DNA of 64,000 nt from an uncultured cyanobacterium (GCA_963744145.1 CAVUSO010000001.1:6368001-6432000), one strand, 5' to 3'; positions 1 to 10,860 are shown, counted from the first letter of the stretch. Numbers and translations: made by a program. Notes: generated from the letters alone by a model not told the origin.

Positions 1-834
1 GATTTTAATTGGAGGAGCATTTATCAGTTTATTTGGTTCGGTTTGAATGTGAAGAAGTGCTTGTAATGCTGCTGATGCTGATTGATAGCGATCGCCAAAA
101 TATGATCTTACCATAGTTGAGATGATATTAGCAAAATCATCACTTACTTGCACTTGGTCGCGCCAAATTATTTCTCCATCAGAGTTTTTGGGGAAATTAG
201 AACAAATTCCAGTTAAAGCAGCGATCGCGGTGATTCCAGTCGCATAAATATCACTACAAAACCTAGCTTTACCATCGGTTTGTTCCATGGGTCGATATCC
301 ATCTGTACCAACTGTAATTTTTCGCTCAGGATGATTGATTCTTTGGACTAAACCAAAGTCAATTAAAACGATTTTCTGATCAGTAGAGCGTCTAATTAAA
401 TTTTTGGGGTTAATATCACGATGAATCAGACCATGTTGATGTACAAAGATCAGAATTTCGAGTATTTGTTGTAAAATTTGCCTAACTTTAGACTCACTTA
501 AGCGTTGCTCCCGTTTAATTTCATCATTCAGATTATCTCCGGGAATATATTCGTAAACTAGATAAAATTGTTGATTAAACTCAAAGTGATCTAACCAACG
601 AGGAATTTGATCATGTTTGAGTTGAGATAACACCTCGATTTCGGTATCAAACATGATTCGAGCGGTTTTGGTAAAAAAGCGATCGCTAAATTCGGGGTTA
701 AATTTCTTTAGCACACATTGGGGATGCTCAGGTAGATGTAATGCGATCGCTAAATAAGTTTCACCAAAATTACCTTTACCCAAATTGCAAATTAGGTGAT
801 ATTCTCCCCCGTTGGTTGATCTGATCATGGTCAT
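1..834 (-). CDS. Ser/Thr protein kinase (Hanks type), 3' end runs off the window
   Basis: Manual translation from ATG at 834: LGKGNFGETY glycine loop, CVLKK, HRDINPKN catalytic loop, LIDFG, GTDGYRPME, SDIYATG. Missing from the ORF track because it has no stop inside the window. Confidence 0.9.
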   Translation of the reverse strand, partial: MTMIRSTNGGEYHLICNLGKGNFGETYLAIALHLPEHPQCVLKKFNPEFSDRFFTKTARIMFDTEIEVLSQLKHDQIPRWLDHFEFNQQFYLVYEYIPGDNLNDEIKREQRLSESKVRQILQQILEILIFVHQHGLIHRDINPKNLIRRSTDQKIVLIDFGLVQRINHPERKITVGTDGYRPMEQTDGKARFCSDIYATGITAIAALTGICSNFPKNSDGEIIWRDQVQVSDDFANIISTMVRSYFGDRYQSASAALQALLHIQTEPNKLINAPPIKI

Positions 835-837
835 CTT

Positions 838-2151
838 TTAGTGTTCTATTTCTGGGATTAATTTCGGGACCGAAGCTGTTAATACTTCACATCCTGCTGC
901 TGTAACTAAAACATCATCTTCAATCCGAACTCCAATTCCCTTCCAGCGATCGGGAATTTCTGGTTGTCCTTCTACTGGAGTAATATTCGGTCCAATATAA
1001 ATTCCTGGTTCCACCGTTAACACTTGATTTGGTTGAAACAGTTCCGGACTTTCTCCATGTTGATAAACTCCAGCATCATGTACATCTAATCCTAACCAAT
1101 GACCAGTCCGGTGCATATAAAAAGGTTTGTATTTTTCCTCTTTAATCAATTCCTCTAGGTCACCTTGCAATAATTTTAACTCAACTAAACCTTCTGTCAA
1201 TACTCTGACTGCTGTTTCGTGAATTTTGCTATAGGGATTACCAGGTTTAACTTCTGCGATCGCTTGTAGTTGTGCAGATAAAACCAGCTCATAAATTATT
1301 TTCTGTTCGGGAGTAAATTTCCCATTGATCGGGAAAGTCCGAGTAATATCTGCATTATAATAATCGTAGGAACAACCAGCATCAATCAGTAGTAAATCTC
1401 CAGCTTCTAATTGTCGATTATTCTCAATATAGTGAAGAATACAGCTATTAGCACCGGATGCAACTATAGAAGGATAAGCTGGACCTAAAGCACCATGACG
1501 ACGAAAGATATACTCCATTTCTGCTTGAATTTCATACTCATAGCGTTGGGGTTTAGCGATTTCCCTAGCATAGTTATGTGCTTGGATCGAAATTGCTCCA
1601 GCTTGTCGCATTAATTCTAATTCTAATGGAGTTTTAACTTGACGCATTGCATGGAGAATTGGACCCGGATCAGCGATCGCGATCGGTCCGATTCCTCTTT
1701 TCGGATAGATTCGCATAAAATTTTGCCACTCTTTACAAACAAACTCATTAAATTGGCGATCGCGTCCGAAATGATAATAAATCTGATCCGCATTTTCTAA
1801 ATATTGGGGTAATTTGGCTTCTAACTCAGTAATCGGATAAGCTTCATCAGCAGCAAAAATTTCCTTAGCACCTTCTACCCCCCAACGACGACCAGACCAA
1901 GTTTCTTGGAGGGGATCTTTAGGTTGGACAAATAAAATAAACCGATGTTCTTGATGATGAGGTGCTAAAACTGCGACTGCTCGGGACTGATTAAAACCAG
2001 TCAAATAGTAAAAATCACTATCTTGACGATAATTATATTCAACATCATTGTGCATCACGGCTGTTGGGGCACTCCGGAAGATCGCTGTCCCACTACCAAT
2101 TTTAGACATTAACTGTTCACGACGTTGCACATATTCTGCTAAGGGAATCAT
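838..2151 (-). CDS. pepP: Xaa-Pro aminopeptidase (aminopeptidase P)
   Basis: N-terminal YRQDSDFYYLTG; M24 motifs LIDAG, ADITRT, GHWLGLDVHD, TVEPGIY, GVRIEDD. Confidence 0.95.
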   Translation of the reverse strand: MIPLAEYVQRREQLMSKIGSGTAIFRSAPTAVMHNDVEYNYRQDSDFYYLTGFNQSRAVAVLAPHHQEHRFILFVQPKDPLQETWSGRRWGVEGAKEIFAADEAYPITELEAKLPQYLENADQIYYHFGRDRQFNEFVCKEWQNFMRIYPKRGIGPIAIADPGPILHAMRQVKTPLELELMRQAGAISIQAHNYAREIAKPQRYEYEIQAEMEYIFRRHGALGPAYPSIVASGANSCILHYIENNRQLEAGDLLLIDAGCSYDYYNADITRTFPINGKFTPEQKIIYELVLSAQLQAIAEVKPGNPYSKIHETAVRVLTEGLVELKLLQGDLEELIKEEKYKPFYMHRTGHWLGLDVHDAGVYQHGESPELFQPNQVLTVEPGIYIGPNITPVEGQPEIPDRWKGIGVRIEDDVLVTAAGCEVLTASVPKLIPEIEH

Positions 2152-2268
2152 ATTTGCCCAAACCGAAGGATAATGGCCGAATTGTAAATTGATTAAATTG
2201 TATATTAGGCTGAAATTGACAGCAGCGATCGCCAGATATTTAATTTTGCCGGTGACAGCTTAAAAAAA

Positions 2269-3327
2269 ATGCGATCAATCTATATAATGCAAGCAAGGAT
2301 TGATACTTTTAAGATGGAGAACACCATGATTCAAGCTTATGCAGCACAGACACCAGGTGGAAAGTTAGAGCCTTTTGAGTATAAGCCAGGTTCTCTTAGA
2401 GATGAAGAAGTTGAGATTAATGTGGAGTATTGTGGGATTTGCCATAGTGATGTAAGTATGTGGCAAAATGACTTTGGAACTACTCAATATCCCTTTGTTC
2501 CGGGTCACGAAGTTGTGGGAATTGTTAGTGGTATTGGCGATCGCGTCACTGCGGTAAAAGTAGGACAGAGGGTAGGTTTAGGATGGTTTTCCCATTCTTG
2601 TATGCACTGTGAATGGTGTATGTCAGGGAATCATAATCTGTGTTTGACAGTAGAATCAACTATTGTCAAACGTCATGGTGGTTTTGCTAACCAGGTACGT
2701 GCTAATCAAGAATGGGTAATCCCTTTACCAGAGGGAATTGATCCAGCAAAAGCAGGTCCGTTATTTTGTGGTGGACTTACCGTATTTAATCCAATTATGG
2801 AATTTAACATTAAACCCACTGATCGGGTTGGTGTGATTGGAATTGGTGGACTTGGACATTTAGCATTACAATTTCTCCATGCTTGGGGATGTGATGTTAG
2901 CGCTTTTTCTACCAATCCTAATAAAGAAGATGAAATCCGCAGTTTAGGTGCGAATCATTTTGTTAATTCTCGTGATCCTGAAGCAATGAAAGCTGTTGCT
3001 AATTCCTTTGACTTTATTATTTCAACAGTTAATGCTGATCTAGATTGGGGAATATATATTAACGCTCTACGTCAGAAAGGAAGGTTACATTTTGTCGGAA
3101 TTGTACCAAACGCAATTCAGATCTACGCATTTCCGATTATTGGTGGGCAAAAATCTGTTTCTGGTAGTCCACTTGGTAGTCCAGCAACAACTGTGAAAAT
3201 GCTTGATTTTGCTAGTCGTCATGGAATTGCACCGGTCACAGAATTCTTTCCTTTTAATCAAGTTAATGAAGCTTTTAGTCATCTTGAGGAAGGTAAAGCA
3301 CGCTATCGGATTGTGTTAACCCATTAG
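2269..3327 (+). CDS. Zn-dependent NAD(P)H alcohol/aldehyde reductase (Ahr/YjgB-like); start more likely 2314 or 2326
   Basis: CGICHSD, PGHEVVG, structural Zn CxxCxxCx7C, PLFCGG, GIGGLG. Confidence 0.9.
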   Translation: MRSIYIMQARIDTFKMENTMIQAYAAQTPGGKLEPFEYKPGSLRDEEVEINVEYCGICHSDVSMWQNDFGTTQYPFVPGHEVVGIVSGIGDRVTAVKVGQRVGLGWFSHSCMHCEWCMSGNHNLCLTVESTIVKRHGGFANQVRANQEWVIPLPEGIDPAKAGPLFCGGLTVFNPIMEFNIKPTDRVGVIGIGGLGHLALQFLHAWGCDVSAFSTNPNKEDEIRSLGANHFVNSRDPEAMKAVANSFDFIISTVNADLDWGIYINALRQKGRLHFVGIVPNAIQIYAFPIIGGQKSVSGSPLGSPATTVKMLDFASRHGIAPVTEFFPFNQVNEAFSHLEEGKARYRIVLTH

Positions 3328-3406
3328 AAAAAATTAGACTAATACTTGCGATCGCTGGTATTAGTCTAGGATGAGATAATTTCAACCGATTAGCAACTAC
3401 TAAGTT

Positions 3407-4369
3407 ATGAATAATACAGCTCCAGAAAATAATAGTCTTTCCGGGAAAGAAATTTATGAAAAAATATGTAACAATATTCAAAAGGTAATGAAAGGACAAT
3501 CTGTCGCATTGCGAAAATTGTTGTCAGCTTTTGCTAGTGGTGGACATGTTCTCTTGGAAGATTATCCAGGAACTGGTAAGACTACCTTAGCAAAAGCGTT
3601 AGCATTTTCCATCGATGTCAGTTTTAAGCGAATTCAATTTACCCCTGATCTATTACCATCAGATATCTTGGGTGTATCGATGCTCGATCCAAATGAGCGG
3701 ACTTTTCAGTTCCATGAAGGACCGATTTTTGCCCAAATTGTCTTAGCTGATGAAATTAATCGTGCTTCACCACGGACTCAATCTGCATTATTAGAAGCAA
3801 TGGCAGAATTTCAAGTTAGTATTGATGGAAATTTAAGAAAACTGAAAGAACCTTTTTTTGTAATTGCGACTCAGAACCCAATTGAATCTAGGGGAACTTA
3901 TCCACTTCCTGAAGCACAAATGGATCGGTTTGCACTCCAATTTAGTCTCGGATATATTTCCCCAGAAGATGAAGTTGAACTACTTTCAGACCAAATTCAA
4001 CAACATCCAATTGATACAATTCAATCTTGCATTTCTTGGGAGGATGTCATTCGGTTAAAACAACAGGTAAAGCAGGTTAGAGTTAGTACAGAGATGAAAC
4101 GATATGTAGTAGATATAGTGAATGCTACTCGGACAGCAGCAGGTGTGCAATTGGGTGCTAGTCCAAGAGCTTCTTTAGCTTTAATGAAGATTGCTCAAGC
4201 ATTAGCTTTATTTGATGGTTATGAATTTGTCACACCAGAATATATTCAAGAATTAGCAGGAGCAGTTATTGCTCATCGTTTAGTCATGGAACCTCAAGCA
4301 CGTTTTTCTGGTAAAACAGCAGCAGGTGTTGTCGCTGAAATTATCCAATCTATTCCAGTTCCTACTTAA
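3407..4369 (+). CDS. MoxR-family AAA+ ATPase
   Basis: PGTGKT Walker A, RIQFTPDLLPSD, LADEINRASPRTQSALLEAM, ATQNP, LPEAQMDRF. Confidence 0.95.
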   Translation: MNNTAPENNSLSGKEIYEKICNNIQKVMKGQSVALRKLLSAFASGGHVLLEDYPGTGKTTLAKALAFSIDVSFKRIQFTPDLLPSDILGVSMLDPNERTFQFHEGPIFAQIVLADEINRASPRTQSALLEAMAEFQVSIDGNLRKLKEPFFVIATQNPIESRGTYPLPEAQMDRFALQFSLGYISPEDEVELLSDQIQQHPIDTIQSCISWEDVIRLKQQVKQVRVSTEMKRYVVDIVNATRTAAGVQLGASPRASLALMKIAQALALFDGYEFVTPEYIQELAGAVIAHRLVMEPQARFSGKTAAGVVAEIIQSIPVPT

Positions 4370-4372
4370 ACA

Positions 4373-5722
4373 ATGAAACGTTTTTTATATAATCTCTTCC
4401 CGTTCTTTTATACTCTGGAAAAAAAGCGCAAGAAACTCTTTACTCCGAATGGATTAGTGGTATTTTTACTGATGATTATTTGCATCTCAGTGCTTAATCC
4501 GAATGAAAGTGTCACTTATCAGGTATTTAGTTTGCTTTTTTCCATGTTTATCGTCGCGATCGCATCGAGTTTAATTTTTCGATTCCGCTTTAGTGCTACT
4601 CGAATACTCCCTCGATTTACGACCGTAGGTATAAAAACAAACTATCGGATTATTATTCATAACAAAACTAACCAAATTCAATCAGAACTCAAACTATTAG
4701 AAAACCTTCCTGATCCATCTTTTAGTTTTGAAGAATTTCTGCAAGCATCAGAACCCAATGAAAAGCAACGTAATGCTTTTGATCAATATGTCGGATATTA
4801 TCGCTGGTTGTGGTTAATTTCCCAGCACCAGGGAGCTAAAGTAAAAGTCATCAATTTACCACCTCTTTCCCCTCTGAGCAAAACCGAAGTTGTCGGTGAA
4901 ATCACACCTCTTCGTCGAGGAATAGTCCGATTGACTGGTATGACCATTGCTCGACCTGATCCCTTTGGATTTTTGTATGCTTGTAAAAGTATTTTTTTAC
5001 CACAATCTTTATTAGTTTTACCAAAAATCTACAACTTACCACCATTGCAATTACCGGGTTCAAGAAGATATCAATCTGGGGGAGTCGCGTTAGCTTCTTC
5101 GGTGGGAGATTCGGAAGAATTTAGATCTTTACGAGAATATCGTCCGGGGGATTCACTCCGCAAAATTCACTGGAAAAGTTGGGCAAAACTTGGTAAACCG
5201 ATCGTCAAAGAAGAACAGGATGAGTTTTTTGTCCGTCATGCGCTGATTTTAGATACCTTTACTCAGGTAAAATATAGCGAAATTTTAGAAGAAGCGATCG
5301 CGATCGCTGCATCCTTAGCTTGTGAAATTCAAACCCAAGAATCTTTACTTGATCTCATATTTGTGGGTAATGAAGCTTATACCTTTACCTTTGGTAGAGG
5401 GATAAGTCATACAGACAAAATGCTAGAAATTATTGCTTCAGTTGTTGCTTGTCAAGATAAATCCTTCGCTTCTATTACTCCAGTAATCATTAACCAAATT
5501 TCTTTATTAAGTGGGTGTGTTTGCATATTAATAGATTGGGATGAAGATCGAAAAAAAATCATTAATTATCTGAAAAATATGGGTATACATACCTTAGTGC
5601 TAATTATTACTGATGAAAGCAACAATTTGCATCAGCTAAATTTAGAATCTCTTAGTGATGAATTAACCAATTTTCGCGTCTTAAAATTAGGAAAAATACA
5701 AGAAGGATTAATCGCAATATGA
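4373..5722 (+). CDS. DUF58 domain membrane protein (MoxR operon partner)
   Basis: EFRSLREYRPGDSLRKIHWKSWAK DUF58 motif; two N-terminal hydrophobic helices; directly follows MoxR. Confidence 0.9.
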   Translation: MKRFLYNLFPFFYTLEKKRKKLFTPNGLVVFLLMIICISVLNPNESVTYQVFSLLFSMFIVAIASSLIFRFRFSATRILPRFTTVGIKTNYRIIIHNKTNQIQSELKLLENLPDPSFSFEEFLQASEPNEKQRNAFDQYVGYYRWLWLISQHQGAKVKVINLPPLSPLSKTEVVGEITPLRRGIVRLTGMTIARPDPFGFLYACKSIFLPQSLLVLPKIYNLPPLQLPGSRRYQSGGVALASSVGDSEEFRSLREYRPGDSLRKIHWKSWAKLGKPIVKEEQDEFFVRHALILDTFTQVKYSEILEEAIAIAASLACEIQTQESLLDLIFVGNEAYTFTFGRGISHTDKMLEIIASVVACQDKSFASITPVIINQISLLSGCVCILIDWDEDRKKIINYLKNMGIHTLVLIITDESNNLHQLNLESLSDELTNFRVLKLGKIQEGLIAI

Positions 5723-7701
5723 AAACCCCAATACTTCTGATTGGTGCGGCTTTAATATTTTGGGGATGGCAAACAGGTTGGTGGTTTTTAGCATTACCAA
5801 TGGCAATCCTATTTGAAATTTCTCCCCTCATTAATTGGCGTTTGGATTTATCTGACAAAAATTTTAAAAGTATCGGCAATTTCTGTGGGATTTTATTGCT
5901 ATTAAGTTTTATTTACTTTTTGCTAGTTAAGCCTTCATTATTTTTCATTTATACTCTAGTCCAGTGGTTACCTTGGCTCTTATTTCCGCTCCTATTAGCT
6001 CAAACCTATTCTACCAGTGACTACCTTGATTTGAAGCTTTTCTTTTTATTCCCTAATTTACTTAAAAATGCCGAAAATACTGACATAACTAAAATTAATT
6101 TAACTTATCCATATTTTGCTATTTGCATTTTCTCAACAAGTGCTGTTCATGCTAAAAATCTATCTTTTTATGTGGGAATGTATATTTTGGTAGGAATAGC
6201 ATTTTGGTGTTTGAGGTCTAAAAGATTTTCACCTCGCATTTGGATTTCCCTAATTTTGCTCGCGGGGATGACAGGATTTATCATGAATCTGGCAATATCT
6301 CAAAGCTTCCAGCTCTTAGAAATAAGCGTTGTGCAATTCTTAAGTAAGAATAATGGACAATTAATAGATCCATTGAAGAAAAATACAAGTATCGGAGAAA
6401 TTGGTTTATTAAAACAGTCAAATGACATTATTTTTAGAGTTGCTTCTGAACAGAAAATAACTTCTCCGTTATTACTAAGAGAAGCAACTTATAATAAATA
6501 TTTATTTTCTAATTGGCTAGCATTAAAAGCTAAATTTATTCCCATCCAACCAGATCACGAAACAACTTGGCACTTAGGAGAAAAACCTAGGAATAGTTCT
6601 CAGATTAATATTTCTGCTACCCTGCTAGGTGGAAAAGGATTGTTAAAGTTAGCAGATAGTTCATTTGAAATTAATAATCTAGCAGTTACCAAAATGGAGA
6701 AAAATCAATATGGAACTGTTCAGGTAGAAGGAAAATTTGAGTCGATTTCCTACCAAGTACAATTTAATCATGATCTTTCTTTAGATAGTCCACCCAATAA
6801 CGATGATTTGCAAATACCAGCAGAAGAAAGACCAGCAATTAAGGAAATTATCAAACAACTACATATTCAAGATCAATCATCTCAAAAAATCTTACCACAG
6901 TTACAAAGCTTTTTTGAAAAAAATTTCACTTATTCCCTAAATTTGTCAGTTGACAAAAGTAATTTAACACCTTTATCAGGATTTTTACTCAAAACTCGTT
7001 CCGGACACTGTGAATATTTTGCTACTGCAACTGCTCTTTTGTTACGTGCTTTAGGTATACCCACTCGTTATGCGATCGGATATTCAGTTCACGAATTTAG
7101 TCCTTTAGAAAATCAATATATTGTGCGAAGTCGTCATGCTCATGCTTGGACAATGGTATATCTAGATGGTAAATGGACAGCTTTTGATACAACTCCTGGG
7201 GATTGGACAAGAATTGAGGATGAAAGTGCTAGTAAATTAGCATTTATCTCTGATTTATGGTCACTGATAACTTTCAAATTTTCCGGATGGTGGCGAGATA
7301 ATGATAAATTAATATATCTAGTATTGTTACTACCATTGGGTTTGATCATAGTGCGAAGTTTAGGTTTAGGAAAACCAGGAAATCCGTTGAAGCGGATCTC
7401 TCGTAAACCGATCGCGAAAATAGAGCAAAATCCACCTAAATCTGAGTTCTATTTAATTGAGCTAGAGTTAAGTAAATTAGGATTAAATCGTCACTCCTCC
7501 GAATCATTAAGGAATTGGGTGCAACGGTTAAAAACTGAATTACCCGTTTCTGACTTTCTCGATGATTTGACATCAATCATTGAACTTTATTATCGCGATC
7601 GCTTTGATCCAAAAGGGATTATAGATCCTGAAAAAGTAAGATTAAAATCTGCCATCAAATCATGGATAGATAAATATAAGCTAGACTTACATAATAAATA
7701 G
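5719..7701 (+). CDS. Transglutaminase-like membrane protein (TgpA/DUF3488 type)
   Basis: Multi-TM N-terminus; GHCEYFATA, HAHAW and FDTTP catalytic triad motifs; classic MoxR-DUF58-TGase operon with 4-nt overlap. Confidence 0.9.
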   Translation: MKTPILLIGAALIFWGWQTGWWFLALPMAILFEISPLINWRLDLSDKNFKSIGNFCGILLLLSFIYFLLVKPSLFFIYTLVQWLPWLLFPLLLAQTYSTSDYLDLKLFFLFPNLLKNAENTDITKINLTYPYFAICIFSTSAVHAKNLSFYVGMYILVGIAFWCLRSKRFSPRIWISLILLAGMTGFIMNLAISQSFQLLEISVVQFLSKNNGQLIDPLKKNTSIGEIGLLKQSNDIIFRVASEQKITSPLLLREATYNKYLFSNWLALKAKFIPIQPDHETTWHLGEKPRNSSQINISATLLGGKGLLKLADSSFEINNLAVTKMEKNQYGTVQVEGKFESISYQVQFNHDLSLDSPPNNDDLQIPAEERPAIKEIIKQLHIQDQSSQKILPQLQSFFEKNFTYSLNLSVDKSNLTPLSGFLLKTRSGHCEYFATATALLLRALGIPTRYAIGYSVHEFSPLENQYIVRSRHAHAWTMVYLDGKWTAFDTTPGDWTRIEDESASKLAFISDLWSLITFKFSGWWRDNDKLIYLVLLLPLGLIIVRSLGLGKPGNPLKRISRKPIAKIEQNPPKSEFYLIELELSKLGLNRHSSESLRNWVQRLKTELPVSDFLDDLTSIIELYYRDRFDPKGIIDPEKVRLKSAIKSWIDKYKLDLHNK

Positions 7702-7847
7702 ACCCAGATGAATTTCTTCAACCTTTAGCAATAATAGTAACTGCATTTACTGAGGTTTTTTTGGGTTAAATCTGATCTTAATTGATTCAACCCAAATTCA
7801 ACTAACTGCAAACTCAGGATATTCCCTAACCAAATTACAAGCAAAAG

Positions 7848-8117
7848 CTACCAGTAATATAATGGTTTTCCTGCCTTTTCAATTAAAATAGTCTGGATCG
7901 AAGATTTTATTTTAGCGATCGCCGCTTGTAATTTATATTGTTCCTCATCAAACTGCCAAGTAGTGGCATAATCCTTACAATTGATCACTAATGTATCAGC
8001 AGTAGCAAAAGCATAAATTATCCCGTCCGAATTTAAGCCACTGGTTGACAGGATTTGTTTACCTACTTCTTGGGCAGATAAGACTTGCTCTAGTAATATT
8101 TCTGCAATTGGATTCAT
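7848..8117 (-). CDS. Hypothetical protein, 89 aa
   Basis: ORF with GAGGAG RBS just upstream on the minus strand; no recognisable motif. Confidence 0.6.
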   Translation of the reverse strand: MNPIAEILLEQVLSAQEVGKQILSTSGLNSDGIIYAFATADTLVINCKDYATTWQFDEEQYKLQAAIAKIKSSIQTILIEKAGKPLYYW

Positions 8118-8450
8118 CCTAGTCTCCTCAATAATTTGCCGATGAAAAACTCTCCCTCTGCCAGTAGGCTGAAGGTCAAATTATGAATCACCTAAAAACC
8201 AGCTTGAATAGACTGCCCCAGTCAATCGACTTAGAGGAGATCGAAAATTAGCCCCAGGCAAAGGCTTTAGACCATCCTCAAAAACCCCAAGTTTATGTCT
8301 GCTGACAGGATCTCGTTATGATTTAAGGCATTTCTTCATAATTTCTTTAAAATCGAAAGAAAAACTTTTGGTATTTCTGTATTCTATTTTACTAAATGGC
8401 AGTATTTTATTTATCTTTGTAAAACTTTACATCAGATTTTTGCCCCGAAA

Positions 8451-8786
8451 ATGTTAACCCCGTGGCAATTGGACATCATTGTAGTAACTGACTACGGGCA
8501 ATGGAAAACAACCCAGAAGGAAACAGTCCTGAGTCCAGATTTTGTGATCGAATTGCGATCGCCAACCGATTCCCTCGAAAAATTGCGCTTAAAAATGCTG
8601 GATTACCAAACTAATGGCTGTCGTTTGGGATGGTTCATTGCTCCGCTAACACCTTTAGTAGAAATTTATCGACTTGCTCAGAATATAGAAACTATTAATT
8701 TCTCTTTTGAAGAACTGCCAACGCTTTCTGGCGAAGATGTACTCCCCAGATTTAGTCTCGATCTTATACCTATTCTTCATCCTTGA
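8451..8786 (+). pseudogene. C-terminal fragment of a Uma2-family endonuclease
   Basis: SPDFVIELRSPTDSL...Y..NGCRLGW...VEIYR...LSGEDVLP is the C-terminal half of Uma2/DUF820; the N-terminal half is absent. Confidence 0.75.
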
Positions 8787-8851
8787 ATCAGGCTGCTGAA
8801 TTGGATTTCAATAATTCTTCTATTTATTGCTCCTCTTCACGTAATGAGCAA

Positions 8852-9628
8852 TCATGCTATAAGTTCCAATGGAACATGGTTTTCCACATACAAAATACCT
8901 TTAGGTAATAGAGTACAAAACCCCGCTTCATAATGGATAAGAGCATCACTATCTAATTTGGCTAGAATATCTCTCTTAAATTTTGATGGGTTAGAGTATT
9001 TTGTCCACTTTATTAAAGCAGAATCTTTTACTTTGGCAGGGCTTTTATAGTAGAGAATAACTAAAGTTTTGCATCTGAAGTCTAATGAAGTATTTTGCAC
9101 CCGAATAAACCCATCAACATCAGCGATAACTGGTAAAATGATTTCGTTAAGGCTGCTAGCAATTTTTTTGGCATTGTCAATCGAGCAATTGTAGTAGATG
9201 CGAAGAATTTCAATTAGAATCCAGTCAGCACTGTGAGCTATAAAAAGAGAGTCTGAGTAGTTTGGACTAACATCTCCACCTATATGAGCAACATCTCTGC
9301 GATTCCTTACATCAAGAAGTATTCGTGTAAGACGAGGGATGAAAAATCGGATGGATTCGTGTAATGTTGTATTCATTTCTGCGTGTTTTATAATAACATC
9401 GCTGTTTCCCAAAGATGTACCAAAAGGGGTATAAGGTGGGTTATCTAAATATTGGATGAGACGCAAGACGCATTCAGCAAATCGACCACCATTTAGTTCA
9501 CTTGGTCGGAATTTACCCAATGCTAAATGTCTCTTGATATCTAAATACTCATCGAGCAAGTGTGTCACAATTTCATTTGGCAACGGCGGTGATAAAGCAG
9601 CAGTAATTTGAGATTTTACTATTCCCAT
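8852..9628 (-). CDS. Putative HEPN-domain RNase (Abi_C-like) with C-terminal winged helix
   Basis: Helical N-domain with E (RFAE) and RNRRDVAH (Rx6H) motif; C-terminal wHTH-like wing CTLLPKG. Confidence 0.6.
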   Translation of the reverse strand: MGIVKSQITAALSPPLPNEIVTHLLDEYLDIKRHLALGKFRPSELNGGRFAECVLRLIQYLDNPPYTPFGTSLGNSDVIIKHAEMNTTLHESIRFFIPRLTRILLDVRNRRDVAHIGGDVSPNYSDSLFIAHSADWILIEILRIYYNCSIDNAKKIASSLNEIILPVIADVDGFIRVQNTSLDFRCKTLVILYYKSPAKVKDSALIKWTKYSNPSKFKRDILAKLDSDALIHYEAGFCTLLPKGILYVENHVPLELIA

Positions 9629-9630
9629 CG

Positions 9631-10860
9631 TTAGTCATCCATATTATTTTCTACATCAATTAAGGAATCAAGAGGCTTTCCACTAATCCAAGCCTCAACA
9701 ATTTGCTGCCCTTCTGAAGTAAGATAATATAATTCCCCACTTTTACGAAAATACTTTTCGTTACTTAGCTTTGATATAGCAGATTTGAATGATTGTGCGC
9801 TTACTGAGATTGTTTCAAATTTTTCTTTCAGATAATAATAGGCATCATTCCAACGAATAGCTTTCTCTTTTTTTAGATAAACAATGATAATATATAAAGC
9901 GACTAAAACATAATCAGTAGGCTTTTTAATATCCCGAATTTCTAATTTTCCAAGTTCAACATCGTCTTGGGTCCATTCTTTAAGTTGATCTTTATCATCT
10001 TTACTGAGACGAACTCTTTTAGTTGTTACATTCACATTTCTTTGCCAGTATTGATTACCTACCTCAACGTTCTCGTCTTGTATTTGAGCAATGATGTTGC
10101 TTACCTCTTTTTCTCCGTCGTGGTTAAGTTTGTAGCCACCACTAATTTTACTGAGGTATTGGCGAGTAAGCCCAGCTAAATATTTAGTAAAATTAATTGG
10201 ATCTAGAATACTAGCCTTTTTAGCAGCCACCTTAAAATGATCTTCAGATGGAACTGGTTGCTCAAAAATTTGGTAGTATTCTCTGGTATAAAGCAAAATA
10301 AATCGTCGTTGCTGCTCTGCCCAAGTTTTCCCCTTGAAGTCTTTAATATTTGGGATAAGCATTTCATCATCACGCTCAAAGTAGATAGCGCCTCCAGTGC
10401 CATTTGTTTCAGCATGATGATTTTGAGAAGTATCAGCAGGTAATTGCGGAGCTTCTTCAACTATAGGCAGCAAGTTGCTAGAAGGTACTGTTTTCTTTAA
10501 TGATGGATTAGAGTTACTTTGATTTGGCGTATAGTATGCTCTTTGTGGTGGTGAGGTTATCTGGGTCCCAATAAATGGAGCTAACTCACTAACTGCATGA
10601 TCAGAGACACTAAATTCAATATGTTCCTCGTAGTTCTTGCCATCCTGCTTTATGCTTCTGACATACTTGTTTGATGGTAATGTAGCTATAGTTTTTTTAT
10701 AAATTAGCTGACCACAGCCAAAGCAAAGTTCTTTGCCAGGAAGTAAAACTTTATTACAATTTTTATTAAGACATCTTGTTTGTTCGTTACAGGCAATGCA
10801 GAAGTTGTATTCAGAATTTGTATCACAACCGCACGAAGGGCAGATAAGCATAAGCGACAT
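9631..10860 (-). CDS. Double zinc-ribbon protein with two winged-helix-like domains
   Basis: N-terminal CPSC/CIAC/CLNKNC/CFGC, low-complexity linker, wing motifs YKLNHDG and YYLTSEG; 2 nt upstream of the HEPN gene. Confidence 0.65.
   Translation of the reverse strand: MSLMLICPSCGCDTNSEYNFCIACNEQTRCLNKNCNKVLLPGKELCFGCGQLIYKKTIATLPSNKYVRSIKQDGKNYEEHIEFSVSDHAVSELAPFIGTQITSPPQRAYYTPNQSNSNPSLKKTVPSSNLLPIVEEAPQLPADTSQNHHAETNGTGGAIYFERDDEMLIPNIKDFKGKTWAEQQRRFILLYTREYYQIFEQPVPSEDHFKVAAKKASILDPINFTKYLAGLTRQYLSKISGGYKLNHDGEKEVSNIIAQIQDENVEVGNQYWQRNVNVTTKRVRLSKDDKDQLKEWTQDDVELGKLEIRDIKKPTDYVLVALYIIIVYLKKEKAIRWNDAYYYLKEKFETISVSAQSFKSAISKLSNEKYFRKSGELYYLTSEGQQIVEAWISGKPLDSLIDVENNMDD

Noticed and set aside
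3407..7701. MoxR-DUF58-transglutaminase as a novel system
   Set aside because: Widespread, already described operon.
8118..8340. Long leader with small hairpins (GACTG-CCC-CAGTC), possible riboswitch
   Set aside because: No match to riboswitch consensus motifs I know; an Rfam search would be needed.
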